Shown here piece by piece: positions 38,236-51,065 of a stretch of 64,000 nt of DNA; position 1 is the stretch's first letter, and the number at the start of each line of letters is the position of its first letter. Made by a program: the position numbers and the translations under genes. A model generated the notes under the pieces. That model was not told the DNA's origin and ran no database searches. It saw only the letters and a program-made list of their open reading frames with translations. This DNA is from Zootoca vivipara. Its lineage: Eukaryota. The stretch lies in contig NC_083280.1 of the NCBI RefSeq assembly GCF_963506605.1, positions 84,878,001-84,942,000 on the forward strand, in the 5' to 3' direction.

Positions 38236-38701
38236 CGTGAAGAAGAAAGCAAAACGGCAAAGTGACGACACCTGACAGAGAGCTTGGTTTCCGCTGCCAA
38301 TCTCAGCAATTAAACTTGAGGCTGTGTTATTTATCTTCCCAGGAATTTCAAATGCTTAGTTTGGGAGCGGACCTTGACATCTAGAACATCTAGATGCTGG
38401 TTAGGCGCTTGAATTTTCTGGATCTCTTTAAGGATGATTGAATTTGAAGCTTGTAAGATTGAGAAGGGGCCACAGTGCCCCCATAGAGCATGTCACAGGC
38501 AGCTTTCAAAGTGCTTTCAGATTTTTGAGAACGCTCACATATACGTAGCATCTCACTAATCCTGGCTTACAACAACTCTGCAAAGATAAATCATTATATT
38601 TAGATAGATATATATAAGATTGTACAAGTAAGGAGCTTTTTGAATCCTAGCCATTATTGCTGGAAAGCCCTTTGCGCTGAAATAATAGTTATCTAAAGAA
38701 C

Positions 38702-39077
38702 GGATGTGGGTGGTGCTGTGAGGATGTGGGTGGCGCTGTGGGTTAAACCACAGAGCCTAGGGCTTGTCGATCAGAAGGTCGGCAGTTCGAATCCCTGCGG
38801 CGGAGTGAGCTCCCGTAGCTCAGTCCCTGCTCCTGCCAACCTAGCAGTTCGAAAGCACGTCAAAGTGCAAGTAGATAAATAGGTACCACTCTGGTGGGAA
38901 GGTAAACAGAGTTTCCGTGTGCTGCTCTGGTTCACCAGAAGCGGCTTAGTCATGCTAACCACATGATTTGGAAACTGTATGCCGGCTCCCTTGGCCAGTA
39001 AAGCGAGATGAGCGCCGCAACCCCAGAGTCGTCCACGACTGGACCTAACAGTTAGGGGTCCTTTTACCTTTACCTTT
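38702..39077 (+). mobile_element. Sauria SINE with duplicated 5' end
   Basis: ggatgtgggtgg(t/c)gctgtg twice, full body, (ACCTTT)n tail, TAAAGAA flanks. Confidence 0.9.
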
Positions 39078-39139
39078 AAAGAATGGGAATGCATTTAAAT
39101 CTCAAAATTGTAATGTGTTACTGGGGGTGGGTTTATCTT

Positions 39140-39605
39140 TTAAAGGGATAAAATAATCATAATAATCATAAATAAATAAGAGTAAAAATGTGCACCCCAC
39201 CACCAAGACCATTCCATTGTAACTATCCAACCTCCCAAAATTTCAACACCTCTTGCGATGGTTTTACCCCCTTTCCATTTTAACAGTACAAATTCTACAA
39301 ACACCTTCCATATCTCCTCAAAATCATTTCTCCTGCATATTCCCCGTCTTACCTTAATGGCACATGTTAATTTATCATTAATAGCAATATCCCACACCTC
39401 TTTAAACCATTCTTCCATTTTATATTCTCCTTGCCCCTTCCACTTCCTAACTATAGCAATTTGTGCAGCTGTCAGTAAATTTGTGAGCAAGGTATTCACA
39501 GCCTGCGTACCTTCCACCCCATCATAAATTGATAACAAGGCTACCTCTGGACTTTCGGTCAGCCTTAACCCAGTGATTTCTGTTATCTCCTTAAACACTT
39601 TTTGC
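39140..39605 (-). mobile_element. L1-like LINE 3' fragment
   Basis: LLTAAQIAIVRKWKGQGEYKMEEWFKEVWDIAINDKLT. Confidence 0.8.
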
Positions 39606-42246
39606 AAAAAATAAATAAAAAGAAATTGTGCATACTGTATTTACACCCCCACCACGTGAACATAATTCCCAGTTTCCTGGCATCCCCTCCAACATAACAC
39701 CGAATAGTCCTTGTTTATTTGATCTGACTGGTGTTAAATACCAAGGGTGGATGGATTTCTGGGGAAATACAGGCCTGGTCTTTCCATGAGGTAGTGAGGT
39801 GGCCACCTCAGGTAGCATCACTAAGATGACAGAGCTGTGGGTGTTGTGCAGCCTGCGCTGTGCCACAAAAGGATAGGCACACATTCCTGGCTTAAAAGGC
39901 CGCAGGTTCCTTTCCCCCTACTGCATTTCAAGTTGCATTTGCACTTGCTGCAAACACACACAAGAGTGGACAGGAAAGTCTTCATCCAAGGCACATTACC
40001 TGCCTGGTTTCACTGTGCCTGGCACTGTCCCCTGTCCCAGTTGCTCCAGGAACATATCTCCTGGGAAGAAATGGCTGCTTTGGATCCCTTCCTTTTCTGG
40101 CGCATCGAAAGGGAAATCCTTCTGGATCAAGACAAGGGAATGTCAGGGACCGTGCTGAGGAGGGCTGCACTGAGGAGGAATGGTGGGAACCTCCCCCTGC
40201 CCCTGGATCTTCCCAGGAGCAAGAGGACAGTATAGATTTGGAACAGTGGTTTGCAGAGGGGCATAGTTCAAAAGGCAGAAGCTGGGAAATACTGGATGGG
40301 GAACAGGTAGGGAGAAGAAACACGGGGGGGGGGGAGAGTTTACAGATTCCCTGTTTCTGGAAGTCATTCCACTCTCCCCAAGGTCAAGAAGAGCTCAGAG
40401 AGTGGCAGAACAGAAAGCACACAAAGCACAGATTACAAGATGTAGAAGTGACATAGATTAATAGGGATATAAGAGGGTGGTATCCTTAATTGGGAGCACC
40501 ACCATTCTAGGAGATGCGTTCTTTGTTCTCTCGCTGTGATTATTAAAGTTTCTAACTGGTAAGAAGACTCCTTTTCCTTTGTTCTGCTTATCTACTGCCA
40601 CGGGTGGAGGAAGCCGATTCCCTGAAGCCTGACAGAGAATGTGTGATGGCGAATTTTGGATAGGGACTTCTGGTCTGCAGGAGAAAGGAGCCTAAAGCGC
40701 GGTGGCAGAAAGTTCTTCGCAGTAAACCCTATTGATCAAACACAGCTCCAATTCATTCCTGTAGGCTTTGCTCCAAAGAACTTCCCACTGGATTTGGCTG
40801 TAAGTCTTTGGATTTTTTAAAATATCCGCAGGCTGTTGCACAGTGCAGTCAGATGCACGCCACAACTGATGGTTGGCATTATAAATATCTCTGCTCTGTA
40901 TCACTGTGGCCCATAGCAGCTGGAACAATTCAAAACCACTACAGAATTAGTAGTACCCCGGCATCCTCCTTTTACTAACGGCGTGAATAGCCATTGCCTA
41001 GGGAGAAGTTAACCTCTTTTCTTTCAAGGCTAAAGGATCGTTTAACATTCATCAAAGCTCCAGACGCTATGGTGAGATGCTTCGTCTTGTCTGCCAGAGA
41101 CTTTTCCCTGCCTGGATTTTTTCAAAATAAAAAAATTCCTTCCAGTAGCACCTTAGAGACCAACTAAGTTTGTCATTGGTATGAACTTTCATGTGCATGC
41201 ACACTTCTTCAGATACACATTGGATTTTTTCAGGCTGGGAAACTATATTAACAGCTTTAATATTTATTAAGCAGCGTTTATAGGACACCCAGAAACAGTG
41301 TTCTCCGGCTGGTTAACATCGATGAAACATTAAAATACCGTATAATAATAATCACAGAACAATAAAAGCAACAGACAAGTCCCATTATGAGCAAAATAGC
41401 AAATCGACATATGTCTTTGAGGCTATTGTTGTTGCCATGAACTGGACTTTTCTAGTTCTGGGAGACTTTATCATCTAAAAAGGGTTTTGACAATGTCTGC
41501 CAGATCACCCCTGCCCTACAACCCTAGCGGGCACTGCTCAAAGAACTCTTTTTTTAAAAAAACACCACCAACCTGTTTATTTTTCTTTTACAAGCACTAG
41601 AGAACTCTTAAAAGATTTGCAAGAAGATAAGGGCAAATGACTTTGCTGCAGTGACATCTCTTGCCTGCTCTTTTGAAAATACTTGTCTTTTTTATATATA
41701 TATATAAAAACACAACGTCAAAGTCCTGCTTTCTTAATAAGGCCTTTTCATTGATTAAAAAGTTTAAAAACCAATCCATTTGATCAAAATAGCATTGCAC
41801 TAAAAAAAGAGAGAAAAGCGAATGAACAAACAGTAATGATGAGAACCCATGGGCTTTTAAAGCTGCCTGCCAATTCTGTGTCTGAGTCATGCTTTCTCTG
41901 CCCATGAACTGCTCACAATTTCCCTGCCACACCACCCAAGCCATGCTCTCTCTCCCTCCACCACACCCATGTATTTGCCAGCTCTGTGGTGGCCTCCAAG
42001 CAAACGCGATACACCAGTTTCCAGTATGTTCGGCCGTCTGAGTCATTTGCAGTGCCTGCCATTAGTCACCTTTAGGGGGACATGGGTGGGGATGTAGTCA
42101 TTCAGCACACATAGGGTGCAGCAAAGGAGCAAAGGAAAGAGTAAAGTCTAGGAAATAGCAGGGGGTTAGAGTGGATCTGGCACCCATCTTAACACCCTAA
42201 ATTCATGACATTATATAGTGTTAAGGATCAGGGGCGTACCCAGGAT

Positions 42247-42484
42247 NNNNNNNNNNNNNNNNNNNNNNNNNNNNNNNNNNNNNNNNNNNNNNNNNNNNNN
42301 NNNNNNNNNNNNNNNNNNNNNNNNNNNNNNNNNNNNNNNNNNNNNNNNNNNNNNNNNNNNNNNNNNNNNNNNNNNNNNNNNNNNNNNNNNNNNNNNNNNN
42401 NNNNNNNNNNNNNNNNNNNNNNNNNNNNNNNNNNNNNNNNNNNNNNNNNNNNNNNNNNNNNNNNNNNNNNNNNNNNNNNNNNNN
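42247..42484. other. Assembly gap (238 N)
   Basis: Run of N inside a GC-rich MITE-like repeat. Confidence 1.
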
Positions 42485-42748
42485 GAGCTCCCGCCCGCCC
42501 CGCCCCCAGCTCAGGCTGCTCCTCCCCCCTCCCACGTTCCTGTCACTGGCTGCGACTTTCCCCCTTCAGGTTTTGGAGGGAAAAAGTGCGGGTTATGGTC
42601 CGTAAAATTTGGTAATTTTTTTTTTCATTTGCTTCTGGGGGGGGGCAGCTGCCCCCCACCCCTCGCTGGGTATGCCCATGTTAAGGATAGGAAACACACA
42701 CAGAGAGAGATACAGAAAAAATAAACTGAAGTCATATTTCATTTAGTC

Positions 42749-43537
42749 TATGGTTACCAGACGTCCCCGTTTCCTGGGAACAGTCCCCAGATTTACAAAT
42801 CTGTCCCCGGACAAAACTGTCCCCGGAATGTCCCCGGTTTTCATTTAATGTCCCCGGATTTATATTTTAAGTGTTGTAGATTTATTAGTAGGGAATGAAC
42901 GTTTCGTGATTGGTTCAACGGCACAAGGCAAAATGGCTGGCGCCACGGCACGAGCAGCTGCTGAAGCCAGCCAGAGCCAACTGAGCTACCAGGCTGGCTC
43001 CAGGCTGCTGAGACTGCTGCTGCCACCGCCACTGCCGAGGGGGAACCGGGAACGCCCGGCGTCTCAACTGGGGGAACCGCTGACCCCTCCCACAACTCAA
43101 ATCAAGCTGGGAGTGAGAGTGCCTGGCCACCTGGCTGACTGCCCAGCAGTGCTCCAGGGCCAGGAAAACCCTGGAGCTGATGCAGGGAGGAGGAGAGGAG
43201 AAGGAGAAGGAAGAGAGAGAAAGAGGAAGGAGGAAAGAGAGGGGAGCCCCGACCTTGCCGCGTTGCAACCGCCACTGAGGAAGAGAGGTAGGAGAGCACC
43301 GGGAGGGCAAGGACATGTGGCCGAGCCCAGGTCCGACCCGTGCCTACTCCACGGCGGCTAGCACTCCAAGAGAGCAGGCTGGGGCCCAGAGGAAGGTCGC
43401 GCAATAGAGGAGACCACAGAAGAGAAGATATTACTTCTTCAAAAAAAAAAACAACCAAAAACTTTTTTTAATAACTTTTTTTCTCTCTTTTTTAAAAAAG
43501 TGTTCCCGGATTCTTTGAAAAAAATCTGGTAAAATTA
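42749..43537. mobile_element. hAT-like non-autonomous element
   Basis: TATGGTTACCAGA...TCTGGTAAAATTA termini, subterminal TGTCCCCGG repeats, TSD ATTTAGTC. Confidence 0.7.
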
Positions 43538-43957
43538 ATTTAGTCCATACGGTTAAAACAGTAAATCTAGAAGCTTTATAGTGGTCCAATTAAATCTACG
43601 AATCCAGTGGGCTTCACAGCAAATGAAAGTTCAAGAATCTACTATTATAACCAGGACCCACAGAATTCTGTCTTTAGTCGGGTAAAGTAATTCTAATTTT
43701 CAGAGCTCTGTTGATCTTACCCACATATTAACCATGAACAGGGACACCGAACAAGGAAGGCCATGCTATCAGTGTTGAAATTGGGGAATTATCGTCATAA
43801 GCGAGAGCAGCCATTTCGGTTATTGCTTCCTCTCATTTCTTATGTGGTCGCAGAGCAACATCTAGTGGCCAAAATGCAATCTCTAGCATTCTCCACGGCT
43901 GCCTTGTAAAATGAAATATTTTTAGACAATGACAGGGCACTGGCAAAGCCTTATGGG

Positions 43958-44029
43958 ATGGAGAGGAGGGGGCAGAGAGAAGAGGCCGTCAAATTTGAGA
44001 TGGTCTCGAACAGCACAGCGTGTGACGCA
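43958..44029 (+). CDS. Candidate upstream coding exon of the DUSP13B-like gene
   Basis: gggATGg start; MERRGQREEAVKFEMVSNSTACDA then GCA|gtaagt (phase 0), matching the phase-0 acceptor at 47000/47001. No homology support. Confidence 0.3.
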
Positions 44030-44452
44030 GTAAGTCTGTCTCCTTTAAGAGTGTGGACTGGGGGACCTGGTTTAAATCTCTAGTCAATTAGGTGATATTT
44101 AGGCAAGCCCCCCTCTCTCTGCCTCAGCCCCTCTTTGGTGGCATGAGGATATTTTTATTGGCCTAATTTACCTTCTGATAAGTACCCTTACCATATGCTT
44201 TCAATGAGTCCAGGCTAAGTAGTTCGACTTCACTTTGCTCAATCATAAGTAACTTGCCATGAGAACATGGGTGGGCATGGCCGCATGCAGGCGGAAAAAT
44301 CTATCACTGCAGACCAGGCGTTAGCTTGTTAAAGATTCACACTCTTCAGACAGTGGGTGACACTTAGGAAGACCAGACTGGCAAACTGCTTCCTTGAAGC
44401 TCGCTCGAGTGACACCTTTCCCCATGGGTACCAGTTAAGTTAAAAAAAAGAG

Positions 44453-44825
44453 AGTAAAGGAGCCCTGGACGGTTAAGTCCAGTCAAAGGCGACTATGGGG
44501 TTGCGGCGCTTGTCTCACTTTCAGGCCAAGGGAGCCGGCATTTGTCCACAGACAGCTTTCCGGGTCATGTGGCCAGCATGACTAAACTGCTTCTGACATA
44601 GCGGGACACCGTGACGGACACCAGGGTGCACAGAAATGCTGTTTACCTTCCTGCCGCAGTGGTACCTATTTATCTACTTGCGCTGGCGTGCTTTTGAACT
44701 GCTAGGTTGGCAGGAGCTGGGACTGAGCAACGGGAGCTCACCCCGTTGCAGGGATTCGAATTGCCAACCTTTTAATCGGCAAGCCCAAAAGGTCAGTTGC
44801 TTAGACCACAGCGCCACCGGCATCC
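44453..44825 (-). mobile_element. Sauria SINE
   Basis: Full-length match to the other copies. Confidence 0.9.
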
Positions 44826-45569
44826 TATCTGTTATGGGTGGATCACAACATTTGGTAGGCACGCATGCTTGAAACAAAACACACAAACACACACACACAC
44901 AAATCATACTGCAAAAGGTAATCTGGTGTCAGCGATCCACTTTTTCTGCCCACCACGGCAGTGCTGTTAATAATAGCCTTTGTGTTTTAGTAGCAGTGCA
45001 GAAGGCCATTTTGCAAGGAGCCATCTTTTAACCTTCTGCAATGCAATGAAATACTTGCCGAAATTCTTTTGCTAACTCAACGATAGGATGCTGAGAGGCT
45101 GGCCCAATCCTGCTCTGTCAATGGATAGGAAGCCCTGGGGAGCACCTCTGCCACAAGCCTCATCCCAGGTTGAATTTTCATAATCTTTAGTCGCCTGCAG
45201 CTGGTGTAATCTCACCCTGAAAACTCCTGCAGTTACCCAGAAGGTATTCTTTCCCTCGTTCTCCTCCAATTACAGGATGCAAAGCGGCCCGCACTGCTTG
45301 AAGTGAGGCTTAAAACCGCAAGCACTTAAAATAACAGAGTATCAGCAACTTAATCCACAAGCTCGCAGAGGAGACACGCTGTTTATCCCCGTGTTGGATA
45401 TCAGCGACTAAGAAAAGAAACGGAGCAAGGAGGAGGAGGAAGGCCGGGAATACATTACTCACAGCAAACACAAGGGAGCCCAGAAGAGAGTCCAAGGAAC
45501 TTGCAACAAGACGACAGAATATTCAGTCACAAAGAGGTACAATGGTAAAAACTCTCCACAACTGCAGGA

Positions 45570-46680
45570 GGGCATTATGCCCAACACCTTGGAGGAGGCA
45601 GTGGTATACTCCCTCTCAAAGAGGTCCTCTCTGGATCTAGAGATTCTGGGAAACTACCATCCAGTCTCTAATATTGTTTTCATGGACAAGGTTGTAGAAA
45701 GTCAGTTGCAGGTATGCTTGGAGAGGGATCTAGGTCTCTTCCAGCCTGGTTTCAGGCCCAGTAGTGGCCTTGGTCTCCCTGATTGATGATCTCTATCGGG
45801 AGAGAGACAGGGGTGTGTGTGATCTTCTTTATTCTTCTTGACCTCTCCTGAAGACACACCATTGACCATGGTGTTCCTCTGGAGCAAATGGGGGAACTGG
45901 TAGCTGGTGGTGCTTATTAAAACGGTTCTGCTCCTACCTGCATCGTCACTCCCAGGGGGTCGTTGCTTGGCTCGCGGCTTTTGGGCTGTGGGGTCCCAAA
46001 AAGGTCCGCTCTGTTTCCTATTAAACTGTTGGGAGCTGCCATCTGGGGATTTGAAGCATGGTGTCATCAGTATGCTGTCGATACGCAATGCCAACTCTCC
46101 ATTCCACTGGAAACAGAAGAGGCTGTGAAGGTGTTGAACAAGTGCCTTGGGGCAGTGATGGAATGAATTGAGGGCTCAATAAACGGACACTGAACCCAGA
46201 TAGGGCAGAAGTGTTGCGACTGGGTGGTTCATGTGTCTGAGAATTTAGGTGCACATCCTACTCTGAGAGAGGTTATGCTCCGCTCGAAGAATCCAGCTCA
46301 TAATTTAGGAGCACACCTGGATTCAAAATTTTCACTTTTCTGTAGCTAGGAGTGCTTCATGGCCAACTTACGCCAGTTGGGTTCCTATTGAGGATATTCA
46401 GCGAGCCAACATGGCAGTGAAATGGGATTGAGGATTGGGGTGATCATTCTGTGATAATTATGGCAGTGGACAAAGCTATATTGGAGCTTTTGAATATATT
46501 ATGATTATGATTATAAAATAGGCTAGTTCACCAACCACAGCCATTTCTGGACCAGGTTGCCCGACCTCAGTTGTTCATGCTGTCTTCCTGCTTGGACTAC
46601 TGGAATACACTCTACATGGGACTGTCCTTGAAGACAGGTTCCTATTCATGTGGAGGAAGCCTAAAATGCCATTAACTTGG
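45570..46680 (+). mobile_element. Degenerate L2 LINE RT region
   Basis: LEEAVVYSLSKRSSLDLEILGNYHPVSNIVFMDKVVE (cf. EAVVRPLLKKPSLD...NYRPVSN), QPGFRP, HQYAVDTQ; frameshifted. Confidence 0.75.
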
Positions 46681-47045
46681 TATAAACAAACTTCCAAATT
46701 GCCCCCCTTAAAAATCAATTTTTTAAAAAAGTATATTTTATTGGTTTTATAACAAATACAAATAGATATAAAAAGCATGTAATATAAGAAAAAGAAAAAA
46801 AGGCAAAAAAGAAAAAATAAGAAACCGCTCCATGTGCGTCCCTCCCGAAGCTGCGCGCTCGGTGGAAGAGGACGACCATCCCAGATAGAAGGAGTGTACC
46901 GTTCTTCGGTCAAGGGTATATGATACCTGAGCTCCCCTGCTAGAACCTCCAAACAAAAATCAATTTTTTTAACCCCCCACCTCTCTCTCATTTCCCAAAG
47001 GCCATTTTGGTTACACCTGAAGCTCATGAAAGCACAAAAGCAGGT

Positions 47046-47185
47046 ATGAGCCATGCTGGAAACTCTGAAAGTCGAAGCCGTTATGAAACACCAGCACTTT
47101 CTGAATTGCAGCGGCTAGTTTGGAGCAGAGGAAGTTCCGACAACCATGTGGATCAAGTGTGGCCAAACCTCTACCTTGGAGACGG
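47046..47185 (+). CDS. DUSP13B: DUSP13B/TMDP-like exon (first catalytic-domain exon; acceptor at 47001)
   Basis: MSHAGNSESRSRYETPALSELQRLVWSRGSSDNHVDQVWPNLYLGD; donor GG|gtaagg. Resembles recalled TMDP YQPPTLASLQRLLW...NHIDEVWP. Confidence 0.85.
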
Positions 47186-47334
47186 GTAAGGAAACTGAAG
47201 GATTGCATCTTGTTACCAGTCAGAAGGAGAGCAGAAGCTTAAAAATCCTACAAAATAGCAGCAAACAAATTGGGATCTTAACATCCAAATTCCACAAAAT
47301 AGACTAGTATAAACTGGTTCTGTAAACGAACTCT

Positions 47335-47590
47335 GAGAGCCAGTGTGGTGTAGTGGTTAAGAGCAGTAGACTGGTAATCTGGTGAACCGGGTTCGCCTCC
47401 CTGCTCCTCCACATGCAGCTGCTGGGTAACATTGGGCTAGTCACACTTCTCTGAAGCCTCTCAGCCTCACTCACCTCACAGAGTGTTTGTTGTGGGGGAG
47501 GAAGGGAATGGAGAATGTTAGTTGCTTTGAGACTCCTTCGGGTAGTGATAAAGTGGGATATCAAATCCAAACTCTTCTCTTCTTCTTCTA
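47335..47590 (+). mobile_element. tRNA-derived squamate SINE (Squam3-like)
   Basis: A-box GTGGTGTAGTGG, B-box GGTTCG, (CTT)n tail. Confidence 0.75.
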
Positions 47591-47884
47591 TCAGAAATAT
47601 GGTCAAATTAAAACCGACATAACATTTAAATGCTCATTTGAAAAGGGAAAAACACAGATCAACCTAAGTACAACTAAAAGGCCTATGCCTTACTTCCTGT
47701 GTGGGGCAGCCTTGGGTGAAAAGGGAAAGTACCCCTTCCAAGTGTCCCTATTTTCCAGGGACAGTCCCGGATTTATAGAAGCCACCCCAGTTTCTGATAT
47801 GATCCCGGAACGTCTTGCTTTTCCTTAGGACTCTCCTATTTTCATTGGAGACATGTTGGAGGGTGTGAGGCGAGTAAGGGCAAT

Positions 47885-47886
<2 letters not shown>

Positions 47887-47929
<43 letters not shown>

Positions 47930-48335
47930 TATTTATACCCCACCCGTCTGGCTAGGTTTCCCCAGTCACTTTGGGCAGCTCTCAACAGAATATTAATTAT
48001 TATTATCATTATTATTATTATTTAAAGTGATAAAACATCAAACATTTAAAACTTCCCTAAACAGGGCTGCCTTCAGATGTCTTCTAAAAGTCAGATGGTT
48101 GTTTATTTCCTTGACATCTGATGGGAGGGCGTTCCGCAAGACAGGCGCCACTACCGAGAAGGCCCTCTGCCTGGTTCCCTGTAACCTCACATCTCACAGT
48201 GAGAGAACCGCCAGAAGACCCTCGGCACTGGACCTCAGTGTCCGGGCTGAACGATGGGGGTGGAGACGCTCCTTCAGGTATACTGGGTCGAGGCCATTTA
48301 GGGCTTTAAAGGTCAGCACCAACACTTTGAATTGT
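47887..48335 (-). mobile_element. L2-like LINE 3' end with (AAT)n tail
   Basis: FKVLVLTFKALNGLDPVYLKERLHPHRSARTLRSSAEGLLAV on the minus strand. Confidence 0.85.
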
Positions 48336-48656
48336 GAATGTAACACAGAGAGACCTGTAGTCCAAAAGAAAGAGGGAGAACAGAAATTATTCCTCCAACT
48401 GCATGGCAAGGGAGGGAAGCCGTATAACTGATACTGCCTGACAGAGCAGGTTGTAAGGAGCCATGGTCTGGCAAACAGGGAATGTGTTAGGAATTAGAGC
48501 AGGGACCAAAAAGGAGGGGTATTAGTTATGGAGATGAGACGCAGGTGCTCATTGCTTCTTGCTTCCTTGAGGCTCAAGAGGCCTCTTAAATAAGCCCATG
48601 TCAACATGGAGCAGGAGCAGCCGCAGCCGCAGCGACCCTTTATCATCTTTTAACAG

Positions 48657-48877
48657 ATGGGCAGCTCGAAGCAAAGCCATTCTGCAGAGCCTCGGCATCA
48701 CCCACATCCTCAACGCAGCAGACGGGCCGTACAACATCAACACGGGCGCTCGATATTACAGAGACCTGCCAATCGAGTACTACGGGGTGCAGGCGTTTGA
48801 TGACACCTCGTTTGATATCAGCATCTTCTTCCAGGATGCTGCGAATTTCATCCACAATGCCTTGAAGGCTACAGGAG
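48657..48877 (+). CDS. DUSP13B: DUSP13B-like exon 2
   Basis: ttaacag|A...G|gtaaga, 221 nt; [73 protein letters not shown]. Confidence 0.9.
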
Positions 48878-49398
48878 GTAAGAGGGAGATAGCGGGAGGA
48901 GGAGCGGCCTTCGAGATGCGAGAGGCACTCGGTTGCCAGCTGCGTGGGCCCAAAGCTGCCGCTGTTCCCTTTAATCTTGCCGCATTTAGCAAGGGGCTTA
49001 AGGCTACTTAAGGATGCTTTGCTTAATTGGCCTTTCTTGCTCAGGGATGGGCTTCCCCATACTAGATCTCCAGGAAAGGAGGAGGAGTGGCATGTGGGGT
49101 TGTGACGGCAGCTTTGCATGCAGAACTGGAGCAGGTGAAACTTTTCCTAGGGTAGTGATAGTAGGTGGCGTGGATAGCGTTGCTTGATTAATTTCTCCCT
49201 GTCTGGCTGAAGTTGAAGCTGCAGAAGCAAGGCTAGTTTTGAAAAAAGCAGGAAGTTATTCCCGTCTCTCAAATCCTACATAAAAAGTTATTGGGCTATC
49301 AACCAAGCTGAGAATTTTTAAAGTTGATTAACCACCTCTCTTCTCGTTGGCCAATGCTGACTTTACATAAACATGCATAACTCAACCATCTCGTTGTA

Positions 49399-49785
49399 GG
49401 GATGTGGGTGGCGCTGTGATCTAAACCATGGAGCCTCTTGGGCTTGCCGATCAGAAGGTCGGTGGTTCAAATCCACAGGATGGGGTGAGCTTCCATGGCT
49501 CTGTCCCAGCTCCTGCCAACCTAGCAGTTTGAAAGCATACCAGTGCAAGTAGATAAATACGTACCGCTGTGGCAAGAAGGTAAACAGCGTTTCCGTGCGC
49601 TCAGTTTCCGTCACGGTCTTCCGTTGCGCTAGAAGCGGTTTAGTCATGCTGGTCACATGACCCAGAAAGCTGCCTGTGGACAAACGCCAGCTCCCTCGGC
49701 CTGAAAGCGAGATGAGCGCCGCAACCCCATAGCCGCCTTTGACTGGACTTAACTGTCCAGGGGTCCCTTTACCTTGATCTTTACC
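49399..49785 (+). mobile_element. Sauria SINE with ~60-bp flanking direct repeat
   Basis: Full SINE; flanks 49341-49400 and 49786-49845 match at 54/60 positions. Confidence 0.9.
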
Positions 49786-50853
49786 TTCTCATTGGCCAAT
49801 GCTGACTTTACATAAACATGCGTAACTCAAGTTTCTCATTGTAGGTTTCTTTTTACGATAACCCAGTGCAGGGCTTCTAAAGCTCACCACCAGTACATAG
49901 AATTAGCAGGAGGAACTGCATCTCATCATTGACCCTGGGTGTTGTATGGAGTCCCGTTCTGCCTCCGTCCTGGAATCTTCAATCTTTTCCAGGGTATCTT
50001 CAGATGGGTGTACCTTCAGGGAGAGAAATCCTCCCCACAATGACTATTACATGTCAAGGCCCCGAGGCCTCCCCCTTTATGTTGAATAATAACACATGGG
50101 CATTGTATATTAGGTTAATGGGCAAAATTTAGGCCACAACTTTATGGGTTACAGAATGTGAGTGGTATTGGCTTAGGCATTGGAATTGAACCGACTATAT
50201 CTGACTCCTGCCCGTCATGCAGGAAGTCTCACAAGGGTTAAACCACCAGTAGGGGGAGCCCTGTTGATGTACACACCAACTCAGAGCTCCCCCAGGGTCA
50301 CTGGAAGGTCGTGCCATGGCCCTAGCCTCCACCTGGGCTTCGGACAGGAACCACGACCCCCAGATTCCTTTAATGGAATACCCTTTAAAATGGAGGGCCA
50401 CACCTCCCCTCCCCCAAACCAGGCTTTACCAATGCCTAACCGCCAAACCTCACAAAAGTTGTGACGATTGCTACGAGGTAGGTGAAAACCAAATGGCCGG
50501 TGCCAATTTGCCAAGTGGAAAAATTGCTACCAGGCTCCTCAATGGCGACCAACTGAAGTCCATAGCAAGGCCAATATGACGAACGCATGAAAAGAGGGCA
50601 AACCAGAAGGGAGACCCCCGGGCCACATGGCTGCTTATAAAGGGGTAAGCCATGCTATTTTTCTAGAGAAAGAGGTGCTGGAACTCACAATGAACATTTC
50701 CCTTGTTCTCTTATAATGGCAATGTCACCCACCTGAGAGGAGCCGGAACTGAGTTGCAATGAGTTCTGGCCGGGGGCAGGGGGGGCAAGCACTGGTCTTA
50801 ACCTTCTATGTTCCACATCAATTAAATGCTGTTCTTTTGTTATTTCTCTGCAG

Positions 50854-51065
50854 GCAAGGTATTTGTCCATTGTGCCATGGGGTTAAGCCGCTCAGCCACT
50901 TTAGTGCTGGCCTATTTGATGATCCATGAAAACCTGACACTCGTGGAGGCCTTGAAATCGGTGGATTCAAACCGAGGGATTTGCCCAAACACAGGGTTCC
51001 TCATCCAGCTACGAGCCCTGGACATCAGATTAAATAATGAGAAGAGAGGTGCCTCGGCACTCTGA
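50854..51065 (+). CDS. DUSP13B: DUSP13B-like exon 3; protein 190 aa from ATG 47046
   Basis: ctctgcag|GC; [57 protein letters not shown]...*. TMDP-type HCAMG, EN.TLVEA and ICPN motifs. Confidence 0.9.

Noticed and set aside
39780-40690. Possible LTR-like element with 113-132 aa ORFs
   Set aside because: Termini and TSD could not be defined and the ORFs lack gag/pol/env motifs; left uncalled.
42205-43458. ORFs of 104-168 aa around the gap and in the GC-rich segment
   Set aside because: They span Ns or lie within a TIR/TSD-bounded non-autonomous transposon; no transposase motifs.
47335-47410. tRNA-like sequence with A and B boxes
   Set aside because: Head of a tRNA-derived SINE continuing into the SINE body and tail; the same applies to the Sauria SINE heads.
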